Position numbers and translations under genes: made by a program. Shown here piece after piece: positions 55,701 through 64,000 of a stretch of 64,000 nucleotides of DNA (its first letter is position 1; every line of letters starts with the position of its first letter). This stretch comes from Phoronis australis (lineage: Eukaryota > Animalia > Phoronida), in contig NMRA01000130.1 of assembly GCA_002633005.1 (NCBI GenBank), positions 742,082 through 806,081 on the forward strand, in the 5' to 3' direction. The notes under the pieces are model-generated. The model saw only the letters and a program-made list of their open reading frames with translations. It ran no database searches and had not been told where the DNA came from.

Positions 55701-58700
55701 TTTGTGTTCGTAATTTTTAGCAATTTTGAGGTGCTCCAGGGGCCGGTTTGCGTGGTGGTGGTGATTTCCAAAAATATTTTCCATCAGTTTGGTGTCTGCC
55801 TAAGGAAATAGAAAAACAAAATTGGGCTTTTTGATTTTATTTTCAAGCAACAGCCGATAGTACGGTGACCCAAAAGATGATGTCACAGTTTTTTGTTCCA
55901 CTGTTAAGCTACATGTATTATTGGCACTTTTTGATGCATGAATCTATAACGATTACCATTTTACTGCCTTGACATCGATATTTTTCGGTCTTTGAAATCA
56001 ATCACATCATCAATCTGTCTGAATAACTGTTACGACGCGCGAGACCTTGTTTCGGCAACAAACGCCAAAGGTGCCTGGCGCTGATAATGACATCGAACAA
56101 AATGATACCGTAACATGCTTACAGTTTCTATTTGCGACAATCGAAAGTTGAAAAGATTTGTACCAGCTTCCTCTCGATTCAAATTGGAATCTTCTTAGGG
56201 ACCAAAAGCTAGACCTGTTATTTAAGACTGGTTTTATAACAGTGACACGATTAATTTTATTTTAAATTTGTTTTTTAGCCTGAAAAACTAATAGAACCAC
56301 AGTTAAGCTGAACGAGTATGTTTAAAATCATCACATTAACACCAGACACGTAAATCTGTTGTGGTAGGGTAAATTTAACTTGATCTCTGTCCTTTCCTCA
56401 GAGCGTGTTCCCTGGACTGTTGTCATTATTATTTTGTTGCTATGGTGCGTCCTGTGTGAGTCAACAGGTGGCCTTAATTACTAGTTCTGATGATGTTTGA
56501 GATATCGAAACGTGTTGAAGATCAAAAATCTCGTCCTTTTTACTAATATTCTTTGCGCACCTAGCCTAAAATGGGGGCTTGAATTTTTGAGAACATGGAA
56601 ACCACCACGTTGCAAACAGCGCGCATGACGCCAACCGGCATTTAAAAACACTATGTGCAAAGGACTCTCAACAAAATGTCGTGAAACAGATGTGCTTTGT
56701 ATGAAATACTTTCACCGTAAAACTTCAAATGGGCAAAAACTATTAAATTAGACATAACATTCACCTGTTGATTCCTTTGTATGACTGTAAGCTCTGACCA
56801 GCTTAACCACAGTATTGTTTACTAACACAAAAGGCTTGCTTGACAAGTTAAATCGAGCGTGATTCTAGATTAGATCGTGATAGTGGAAATTTCTGCATTT
56901 TTACATAGGAGAATGGTATCTAATGTCAAATTAAAATAAATGCATTCCGTGTGTGGTCCATCAAGTTTCCACAGGACCACGTTTCAATATAGGTGGCGCT
57001 ATGTTGGAGGGTACCTGTACAGGTATCAGCATTGGAAAATCCCTTTCTCGCTGCGGCTTGCCGTTCACGCAACATTCGAGATTTAATGCTTAGATTACTG
57101 CTCTTTTACTGGCTAGTTAAAACCAGCAATTTTTAGCCTATCATATTTGTGCTAGACATCACATTTTCGTGTGATCCCGGCGACATGAAATTGAGAGACA
57201 GTCTTTATATAGTTAATGGTCCTGTGGGTTTCTGTTTTTGGTCGAAATCGGACGCGAGATGGCGCTGTGATGGCCATATTTGGTATGATATTTGCGGAGC
57301 TTTGGGTCCGCAATCCTTAGACCAAACCCTTTTACATTCGATATCTTCTCACAGGCTGCCCAATACGTTGATGTAATAGGCATCGGGGTAATTGTTCGTC
57401 TGTTTAAATCTGGCATAACGAGATTCGCCAACACACTCACTGATTTAGCCCGCATTGTTTCAAGCCTATTCCGAACCCCTTTATAATTTTAACGCTTCCA
57501 TCAATGAATAAACTAAAAAGTTCCAATAGACTCATTCACATCTCGCTTGAAATTTTGCAGAAAAATGGCATGGCCCGTTAGAGGCGATATCATTGGACAG
57601 TAAACGTGGAGAATGTATCAACGATTTGCAATGGCTGACTTGTGCCAGACATACATGTAGATATGATTTATGTCAGAATTAAATGGAATAATGGTGAATA
57701 TTAATCGCATTTAGATTTGATAAAAAACTATAGATGTTGGCATTTATGAATTGTGTAATCTATTATTCGAGAATTATGTCAGAAATAATTTTTTTTTGTA
57801 TCAAATTTTAATATCTATTTCTGACACGAATCTTATTTCTGCCTGATATAATTATTATGTCAGAAATATCAGAATTATTAATGCCAGACATAATTTGGAT
57901 TTATGTCAGACATTATTCCAAGTGACGTCAGACATAATTCCAATTGATGTTAGGAATAATTCCGATTCATGATAGACACAAATTATATCGCAGATCGCCC
58001 ACCACAGGGCACAATTATCGCTGTGATCATAAAACAGGTTGTAATATGATGTCTTCTTCAGAAGGGATTATGTGATCGTCGTTAAGTTACTCGGCGTCAT
58101 TGCCAGTCTTAAACCAGAATTCATCAGGGCTGTCTAGTCCCTATACTGCGATGTTCTACAGAAAACATTCATTTATGTGGTTCAGGTTAGACCCACTTCT
58201 TCGCATAGGCATGGTAGAAGTCAAGTGCTACAAAAATTCGCTTCTTTTGTAACTTATGTAGGGTTCATTTCTCAAAATAGGAAAGAACTGGTGTATTAGA
58301 TCCCTGGCGTGAGATTCGCTGAAGCCGCTTGAGCAAATCCTATTCTGGGCCTAGATACGGGAAATAACATCGTGTCGTCACGTTCATGTAAAAAAACTAT
58401 ACATGTATGTACACGTTTTTAATGCTGAAGATTTATGTAATACCGATGACAAGAAGTGTCTCGTAACATAGACGTGTTAAATCTCCAGGAACATTTCTTT
58501 TTTCTTCTTTTTGAATTATATCCATTTATGAGAGAAGAGAAAAGTTCGGAGGAGACCAAAAGGAAATTAAAATCTATACTTAGGTTATTATTCGCTCGGT
58601 ATCAACGAAATTTAAAGTATTGGTCGTGTTTTGAATTTGTATAATTGATACTTTCGCAGCTAAAACATTATTTTTGAAAATTGTAAACAAGCTTACGAAC

Positions 58701-60001
58701 TTAGATAATACTTTTTGCAGTCCAAATTCCAATCACAAAGTTTAAGACGTGTTGTAATTTGACCCCTAAGCAAAGGCGAATTATGTCAAAATTATTTCCT
58801 TATTCCTCTATGTGGTGCGACCTCCATAAATAATTTTTATTGCCTTTGTAGTACAATAGATGTCACTATGCAGCATTATAGAGCGTTATGTTCGAATAAC
58901 TGTCATTATTCAGAACGGATCATGTCAAGTCACATAACTGGTTGAGTGTCGGTATGTAAGAAACCGAATTAAGATCTGGATCGTGGTGAATGGACAACTA
59001 AAGTTTTGATTCCTGTCCGGCCGCGGTGACTTGCTTTCAATATAGTTGCACAACCTATACACATCTTTGCTACTACCAGAACCTCATTTCTTTAACATCT
59101 TTTCAAGTGAAGGCAAGATCAAAAATGTTATTTCAAGTCCGTGATGACTGCAGGAATCTATATTTTGGACACGAATCTAAGTTACGGTTAACACACTATT
59201 GTATTCGAATTAAGTCCGGTCTGCTGGACTGCTTTCAAAATTCCTAGCACCTAGGAGTCATCACGCCTCTTTCAAAGGGAAGATGACACGGGTCAAGAAT
59301 TCAAAAATGACAATGTCAAAATGTTACACAGGGGGCTTCCTTCATCAAATCCCGTAGTCCCTCACTTAACATATAAGGTGGAGCTCGATTCAAAGTGTCG
59401 TCTGCTTGGGATGAGAGTTTGCGTGAGATTGCTAACCAGAGGAGATATCGTGAGAAGACAAGACTCGACGGTTGCAGCCAGTCTTCAGTATCAACTTCTC
59501 TTTGAAGGAGAAGTCACCTGTCCGAATAGGCAATGACCATCGCCTCTGTTGGCCCGAACCAGATTCTGGTTCGGGTCAACAGAGGCGATGGTCATTGCCT
59601 ACTGTCCGAGTTGCCCAGGAATCAAATTTTGTAAGTAGTCCAGCAGTACTGATTTAATTCGAATTCAGGAACTTTTCTGGATGGTTCAACAACTTATTGT
59701 TAACATACAATGGCAAATTATGGCTGCCAAGCTCAATGCTTCGTGCAAATTAGGGTAGACTAAGTAACATGACTTTTTTAAAATAATGTGCCACTCTGAG
59801 TTGATAAAGTAAATCTATTTCGGCGACCATAGATTAAAGACCCGTGATATCCATATGTAATGGCCCTGTCTCTGGTAAGACGTTTACCTGTATCGTGTAC
59901 ATTTTTTCCATCCAAATATGCCACATTTTGTATGGTATTTCGATTGGTAGCTTTGCGAATAGGATACTCTCACGTAATACGTACACACGCTTCCTGTGGG
60001 C
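22505..60001 (-). CDS. Giant multi-exon gene: EMI + EGF/Cys-rich + about 20 FN3/Ig-like 'DxxPP' repeats; at least 3,310 aa, 5' incomplete
   Basis: 19 exons with GT-AG boundaries and consistent phases join into one open frame of 9,940 nt ending in TAG at 22505-22507. Confidence 0.9.
23160..23425. repeat. 66-bp minisatellite, about 4 copies, in the last intron
   Basis: acttgggt(a/g)tatctcaagcct recurs at 23167, 23233, 23299 and 23365. Confidence 0.95.
24136..24666 (-). CDS. Exon, FN3-like repeats (GNSPLTS...VDNDAPKLT)
   Basis: Acceptor attacag, donor gtaagt, phase 1/1. Contains WAGFQD and YKAEVQAFN motifs. Confidence 0.9.
25010..25760. mobile_element. Possible non-autonomous Helitron/Helentron-like element with internal ~190-bp tandem units
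   Basis: Terminal hairpin GTTCGGT..ACCGGAC followed by TACTAG at 25760. Duplicated block caaat(a/g)tcatgatagt...cctgtggtgc...ggccttaatttgcat. Confidence 0.4.
26236..26882 (+). mobile_element. Possible 3' LTR with preceding polypurine tract
   Basis: A purine run (agaagaaaggag) lies just before TGTATTA (26250), and the segment ends TAATACA (26882), giving 7-bp inverted termini. No TSD. Confidence 0.45.
27129..28364 (-). CDS. Exon, FN3-like repeats (DSSVKPKF...SGVSKCQLQI)
   Basis: Acceptor aattacag, donor gtaagc, phase 1/1. Contains SDGVTVDNVMP, WEGFEDFHS, VDTTIP and VDHVPP. Confidence 0.93.
28571..30165 (-). CDS. Exon, FN3-like repeats with a Cys-rich insert (KFFSASWMGFQD...MGFFPG)
   Basis: Acceptor atttgcag, donor gtaagg, phase 2/1. 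Contains VDNTPP, IDSSAP, IDTTAP and YSCDVPFCNNDCVCAPIGGTC. Confidence 0.93.
30870..31056 (-). CDS. Exon (GFVFVGNFKAGRKY...IDPTPP...YQAS)
   Basis: Acceptor cattacag, donor gtacgc, phase 1/2. Confidence 0.9.
32035..32400 (-). mobile_element. Penelope-like retroelement 3' end (GIY-YIG C-terminus plus terminal repeat region)
   Basis: SHVNIHLQSSNHC...FAIIDQAVTTKELKIREALHISWCKPNLNRQ matches the PLE endonuclease tail, and a hammerhead follows. Confidence 0.85.
32061..32106 (-). ncRNA. Minimal type I hammerhead ribozyme (Penelope-associated)
   Basis: Minus strand reads ACTT-CTGAGGA-T-GGTGT-ttaataaatg-ACACC-GAAA-CATGTC-AAGT: intact core, 4-bp stem I, 5-bp stem II, palindromic ACATGT stem III and a GUC cleavage triplet. 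Confidence 0.85.
33959..34214 (-). CDS. Exon (ATNGAGLIS...FDSTPP...WSAFHDPHT...GLKT)
   Basis: Acceptor ctgtttag, donor gtagtc, phase 0/1. Confidence 0.88.
34601..34917 (-). CDS. Exon (AEDYAGH...VDTTPP...WFGFEDKESGI...PQIK)
   Basis: Acceptor ttttttcag, donor gtaatc, phase 1/0. Confidence 0.9.
36466..36545 (+). mobile_element. tRNA-derived SINE head remnant
   Basis: A-box-like TGGTGAAGTGG and B-box-like GGTTCGAAAC at tRNA spacing, followed by a T-run. No good cloverleaf. Confidence 0.45.
36970..37086 (-). CDS. Exon (GTSVDQYEV...GKQYFVTAE)
   Basis: Acceptor ctggacag, donor gtgagt, phase 1/1. Confidence 0.88.
37310..38018 (-). CDS. Exon (DFAILPW...SNGFIIDTMPP...HRYYI)
   Basis: Acceptor cttttacag, donor gtgagt, phase 0/1. 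Confidence 0.9.
38576..39987 (-). CDS. Exon (GTENNIQALF...FNKAGL...PVFNKTQ)
   Basis: Acceptor ccttggctag, donor gtaact, phase 1/0. Open for 1,412 nt. Confidence 0.92.
42031..43213 (-). CDS. Exon (VPNAAPNSYCP...IDTSPP...VDNTAP...VDETPP...YQYAI)
   Basis: Acceptor ttttgtag, donor gtaaga, phase 0/1. Confidence 0.93.
44305..44632. mobile_element. Foldback/palindromic MITE, about 330 bp
   Basis: Left arm ttttgcatgcac..ccgccggt..tgttgatataagtttcacgg..gaggtgac..ggagctca is mirrored by tgagctcc..gtcacctc..ccgtgaaacttgtatcaaca..accggcgg..gtgcatgcaaaa. Confidence 0.8.
45666..46827 (-). CDS. Exon (ICMRYEARGGGYY...YDSAPP...VDSSPP...VPVVK)
   Basis: Acceptor tatttcag, donor gtaaat, phase 2/0. Confidence 0.93.
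48270..48408 (-). CDS. Exon (AVNTGTLTALAGC...LQNGY)
   Basis: Acceptor tgtttcag, donor gtgagt, phase 1/2. Confidence 0.85.
48475..48557. repeat. Polypyrimidine (CCTC/CT)n microsatellite
   Basis: Visible directly; ends at the N at 48558. Confidence 0.9.
49625..49891 (-). CDS. Exon (LHSITPNLLTC...YHFGIV...RQN)
   Basis: Acceptor ttttgtag, donor gtttgt, phase 1/1. Confidence 0.85.
50069..50224. mobile_element. hAT-type MITE, 156 bp
   Basis: TIRs CAGTACTGTAGTGG / CCACTACAGCACTG and 8-bp TSD gttatgtc / gttatttc. Confidence 0.8.
50700..51040 (-). pseudogene. THAP-domain remnant (DNA transposon-derived)
   Basis: KRCVCGGCNN...VHVFKVPK...RFVRCRREW, then a frameshift to SSAQFKE*CFD, matching the C2CH THAP pattern. 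Confidence 0.65.
51284..51364. repeat. 28-bp tandem repeat, 3 copies
   Basis: tggatcggcttg(t/c)catt occurs three times. Confidence 0.9.
51600..52251 (-). mobile_element. Possible LTR-retrotransposon 5' remnant (LTR end, PBS-like site, decayed gag)
   Basis: Minus strand has aataaa...TGTAACA followed by cTTGCCGGCAGC and a broken gag-like ORF. Weak evidence. Confidence 0.3.
52507..52626 (-). CDS. Exon, EGF-like (PKCSWLTPSRCWPGTC...CSCSTGF...NCD)
   Basis: Acceptor tctttaag, donor gtaagt, phase 1/1. Six Cys. Confidence 0.88.
53720..53854 (-). CDS. Exon, Cys-rich module (ACPVAHIANCAKMTC...CKEC...QCL)
   Basis: Acceptor ctcatag, donor gtaagt, phase 1/1. Confidence 0.88.
54088..54315. repeat. Degenerate trinucleotide microsatellite (GAT/GAC/AAT/AAC)n
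   Basis: Visible directly. Confidence 0.9.
54422..54520 (-). CDS. Exon, EGF domain (PLCFGSFNCPNGGTCTSPNFCTCRISYYSPRCN)
   Basis: Acceptor tttctag, donor gtaggt, phase 1/1. Canonical CxNGGTC..PNxCxC spacing. Confidence 0.92.
55196..55281 (-). CDS. Exon, second half of the EMI domain (TKHRTAYRQAPRNKCCSGY...YCA)
   Basis: Acceptor catttcag, donor gtgagt, phase 2/1. AYR...CCxGY...C is the EMI signature. Confidence 0.9.
55389..55871. mobile_element. Possible non-autonomous DNA transposon
   Basis: Short inverted ends GGGTAACCG / CGGTGACCC around an AT-rich interior. Confidence 0.35.
57200..57480 (-). pseudogene. Possible decayed mariner-type transposase fragment
   Basis: AYYINVLGSL*EDIECKR and PSQRHLASDF loosely match mariner 'YYxxLLxxLxxxIxxKR' and 'YSPDLAPSDF'. 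Confidence 0.3.
57630..57990. repeat. Cluster of TTATGTCAGA motifs (probable MITE subterminal repeats)
   Basis: The motif recurs many times, once inverted (tctgaca). Confidence 0.55.
59527..59601. mobile_element. 75-nt near-perfect palindromic insertion with 9-bp flanking direct repeat
   Basis: 37-nt arms with one mismatch. Flanks are ctgtccgaa / ctgtccgag. Confidence 0.8.
59888..60001 (-). CDS. Exon, first half of the EMI domain (PTGSVCTYYVRVSYSQSY...CGIFGWKKCTRY)
   Basis: Acceptor tatttgcag, donor gtaaac, phase 2/2. Joins 55281 in frame as TRYR-TKHRTAYR. Confidence 0.88.
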
Positions 60002-61359
60002 CTGCAAATAGAACAACTAGATTTGTTAAAAGGAATGAAGGAACGGCAAATGTCATATCTTTTTCTGAACGAGCCTCTTGAGCATCCCGTGCCTGGCAAA
60101 CTGTCGTACTCTACACTGGACCAGTCAAATCGCTGGCACAAAAAGGGGCACAGAACTTAGGCCTCTGTAAAAAAGGGCGCTTGTCTCCGGACACTTGCCG
60201 ACGTAAAATTGATAATACATATATTTTTGCTTCTTACTCCGCAATTTCTCGGCAGGGTTAAGCAGTTCGTTACTTTCTCGGACAAACGTTCATTTAGACC
60301 AGAGAGAGCAATGCGAACTCAGATGTTTGCCACAAATGAAAGCTGGCTCACGTCATTTTTAATCACAAAAAGCAAAGCAAAATATTCAGTCGCCTGTGAA
60401 CTACGTAAATGTCGTAAACATCATTAAAACGCTGGTTACAACAAGCAAGCGATGAGAACACGCAGCCACCGAAGAGGGAAGTTGGGGACAACCGATTCCC
60501 ATCAAGTGTGGCACATAATTATAGACCTATGGGACCTATTATATATGATATAATTTTATGTTCTAAAAAGATATTGTGTTCTACATGAGTTATAAGCTTT
60601 TTAAAACTAGTTTTACGGCGTTGAATAAACATTTTCACAGTCCAAATCTGTTCGTATCTTTTCCTTGGAGGAAAGCTATTGAGGCAATAGTCAATTAATA
60701 TTGCTTAAAGATGCCATCTGATTGTTATACAAATCTCATGATTCACTAACCATCTGTATTTGTTTCATTACACTACCCTAAATGTCATTTTGAACCTATG
60801 CCATTTGCGTTATTACAGGTATATTCCATCTTCCTCCACTGCGAAGTGAATGGAACGTGACCTAAACACTGACAGCAATTGGTACCTCCGTCGTGTAAAA
60901 TGAAGATATTGCCTTCCAACCTTCTAGTTAATGTGACACCTCAACTGCGCCACAACAAACAATTTACAAGACTAGTGCTCGTGATGGCTTTTGGCAACAC
61001 GTATAAAAAGTCTTCAATATTTTTTCATGATTTACACGAAATTGTTTTCCAAGTGAACGTGTTATTACTGATTGTTTCGCAAGTGATAGTCATTGATCGA
61101 ATTTCTGCGCAGCGTGGGTTATAATTCTCCTCGCCCAACTAATGTGGTCGTGTAAGAAATATTTCTCTATTTGCAGACAAATGAGCCCCCCAACTTTGTC
61201 TCCTTTTTCTGTTGTCTCGTTTTGGGGATATTGGATTAAAGATTGTGATATGTATTGTCATTCATACGACGTATTGCTAATTAAGTTTAGTACATTATTC
61301 AAACAACTTAAGAGATTACAAATCATACTGTATCTTGCTGTCTTATCGTAGTGATAATA

Positions 61360-62945
61360 TTTATGGCATTGATAGCCCACATCTTTTCTGGTCTTGCATG
61401 ACAAATATTGACACATACATGTATGGGGTCTGAAAGACACTGGTAAATCAGGCACCGTTTCCCAAGAATGCTGGACGGGCTAACGACGTTTTAACACTTG
61501 TTTCATGCGTATGGGTTCTTAACCATATCCACAAACTGTTTGAATATTTTCAGTTGTTCTGCAAGGAAGATAAAATATTAGGGTATAGCGTACTGGTATT
61601 CTTTCAAGACCGGGCACGAAATGTACATCAATTCTCAATTGTCCCACAGTGGATCATGGTAACTGATATTTTAGTATCTGTAGTTTTGTGATTACGTCAT
61701 GCCCCTGCTCCGACTCGTTGACGTACTTGGCTGTCAGTCTGAACTGAAAGCGATAGCATGTAGCCTTCACCAAGTTCTATTCTGGTCCCCTTGTATTTCT
61801 CCCGTTTGTCAATGACATGAAATCTGTACAGTAGTTGATTGTAATATTGTTCTGCACGCAGATGATTCTGCCTTATGTTTCCCGATGAGAACGTCTCAGT
61901 TATTGAGCAGACTCGTGAAAATAACTTGTAACTGGTACATCCAGAGCAAACTATACCTTCATGTTTGTAAAACTTAAGTATTTTTTGTTTAAATCAAACT
62001 ATGTTTATTTTAATGTAACTAATTGTAACGGAAGTTTTATCACTTCATGTTAATCTTTAAGTTGTCTTGGTCTCCAAATGCATAACAACCTCTTTTTTGA
62101 GGAAACGGCGGAGTCTGTCATTAATATTGCACTTTGTAGAGTAAAATTTACGTACAGGAATAGTGATACTTAGACCTTATTTCACGTAAAACCCCATACA
62201 ATTCACTTATGATTCCTTTATTTGGCTGTAATCATTCTCGATAAAGCTGCGTTTCCAATTTAAATATTTGTCTTCGCAAAAAGCTTCAGGTGTATCAAAA
62301 TAAATTAATTGGATATGTGCGCAGTTTACTCCCTCGTACTCACACTAATTTTTATCACTTTCAGTCTCTTGCGTTGCTAAATATTGAAAATTGGGTTAAC
62401 CAAGTCATGCTCCACCTTATTGTACAACGTCCTATTTTACCTCCTTGATCACTTTTCACCATTTTGAACCACGCCATTCTCACAGTACTAGACAGAGCAA
62501 TAATGGTTTTATTCAACTAAGCGTCAAAACACGTCCATCTAATTTTTTTTTCAAATTAGAACCTTAGTTCATCTGTAGAATTCACTTCCTGGCCACCGTC
62601 AAATCAAACAATATTTATTTAACCTCATTGAGGGAAGTGATAACTCCGAGTTTAGTTATTAATTTAATTAATTTCTTCACTTGTCCATTTATTTATTTAT
62701 TTGTTTATTTATCTATCATATATTCTGTCACTTCATTCTACAGTCTTATTCACACCGTGTCACATACTAGTTTGTATTCTAGTTTCCTTCGCATATCTCA
62801 TTCCTCCTGTATAATTATTGACAAATTAATTATTCGGAACATTAATTTTACTTTTTTAATGTGTATGGACCAACGCGGAGATAGTTTACATTTCTTATCT
62901 TCTATTATTCCATTCATTATTGTAATTATGTACTAATAAAAGCGC
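61360..62945 (+). mobile_element. Decayed non-LTR retrotransposon (CR1/L2-like) reverse transcriptase and 3' tail
   Basis: Frameshifted RT motifs appear in order: TVDH (about 61645), SIL/GPLVFLPFVNDM (about 61780), NIVLHADDSAL (about 61845), KLQVYQNK (about 62280). AT-rich tail ending aataaa (about 62935). Confidence 0.7.
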
Positions 62946-64000
62946 ATTTTGCCCCGACTACCCTGATTTCTCCAAACCCTCCCAACTCTGTTGTGTTATG
63001 GATTACTCACGACCTCTCAACCCTAACGTGATTTATTAAACGAAATTGTAGTCTCTTTGTATGGTTGACCCCCCACCTTGCCACTTGTGGACTGTTATGT
63101 CGCGGGAAACTGAGCTTGTTACTCGGTCAGCTCACAACACTCGCGCAGCGCGAGAATTCATGATCTCTCGCCAGGTAAAAGATACAGAGCCAAGAAGCGA
63201 CACATTTACCTCATCGGCTTCAACTTAACGGGTGACAAAAGTCGATATACGGTTTATTTACTAGTAACAGACGTTAAGATAAAATTTTACTCGCAATATA
63301 TGTAGCTCTGACTCGCTCCTCGCTAGAACCGTATTTGATATTACAGTTTACCTTTAACAGAGATACCGAACGGAAACAAGATAAGGTTGATTACGGATTC
63401 CTGTGGCGTGAGAAAATTGACGTAAACAACCCAGCAAAACCTTGGTGTGGAATGAGGAAACAAATAATTGAAGCACGACAGTCGTTTTGTTTGACAAGTG
63501 GAATATTTATTTCACTGCTAAGATCATTAGTAGCGGGAATCTTTCCGGTCACCACCTTCATATGTACATGTATAGGCTAGAGACTGGGGTTGTTTGTCGT
63601 CGTTTGGTTTCTCGTATGTTATTGATTAGTATGTGGATGGTATTTTTCAAAAAAATGTAAATGTGATTAACAGGGACTTGGTGAAAGTCTTGCAAGTATT
63701 TTAAGCAATTCATTACATTTTCTTCAATACTAATGTACTCGGTTGAAACGGAGCGGTTGCGATCTCCTTTGTGCATTGCATTGGCTTCAAAATATGACGT
63801 CAGACCTCTATTTTTCATTAATTGTACTATTATTTTGTACAAAGAAACAGTTCATTAGAACTTTCATTGCACAACGACGTGCTCTCTTACCGAAGTTCCT
63901 TTAAGGCATGAAAATGAGTGCACTACAAAAACGCAGTTACTACGCAGCGCTGTTCTTGTCCCGCGCCGATCGTATCAGGTGGTGGAAGCAGGTACATGTA

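Noticed and set aside
56484-56520. CTGATGATGT...ATATCGAAACGTGTTGAA hammerhead-like motif
   Set aside because: The core and stem II overlap (about 3 nt missing). At best a dead Penelope-terminus relic.

Overview
AT-rich animal genomic DNA, probably a marine invertebrate, from a draft scaffold with N gaps at 6798-7603 and 12337-13187 and single Ns at 32401 and 48558. The dominant feature is a minus-strand gene spanning at least 22505-60001. I reconstructed 19 phase-consistent GT-AG coding exons by hand (9,940 nt, about 3,310 aa; first exon not found). The protein has an N-terminal EMI domain, EGF/Cys-rich modules and about 20 FN3/Ig-like beta-sandwich repeats joined by 'DxxPP' linkers, with no transmembrane segment. 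The left 10 kb holds three intact spliced THAP-type exons, a decayed Kolobok-like transposase region and a decayed C2H2 zinc-finger array. The remainder is repeat-rich: Penelope-like fragments with minimal hammerhead ribozymes, a degenerate interstitial (TTAGGG)n array with a 90-bp higher-order period, Kolobok, Harbinger and hAT-type non-autonomous elements, LINE and LTR remnants, minisatellites and a near-perfect 75-nt hairpin insertion. All family assignments come from recognising motifs by eye, not from database searches.
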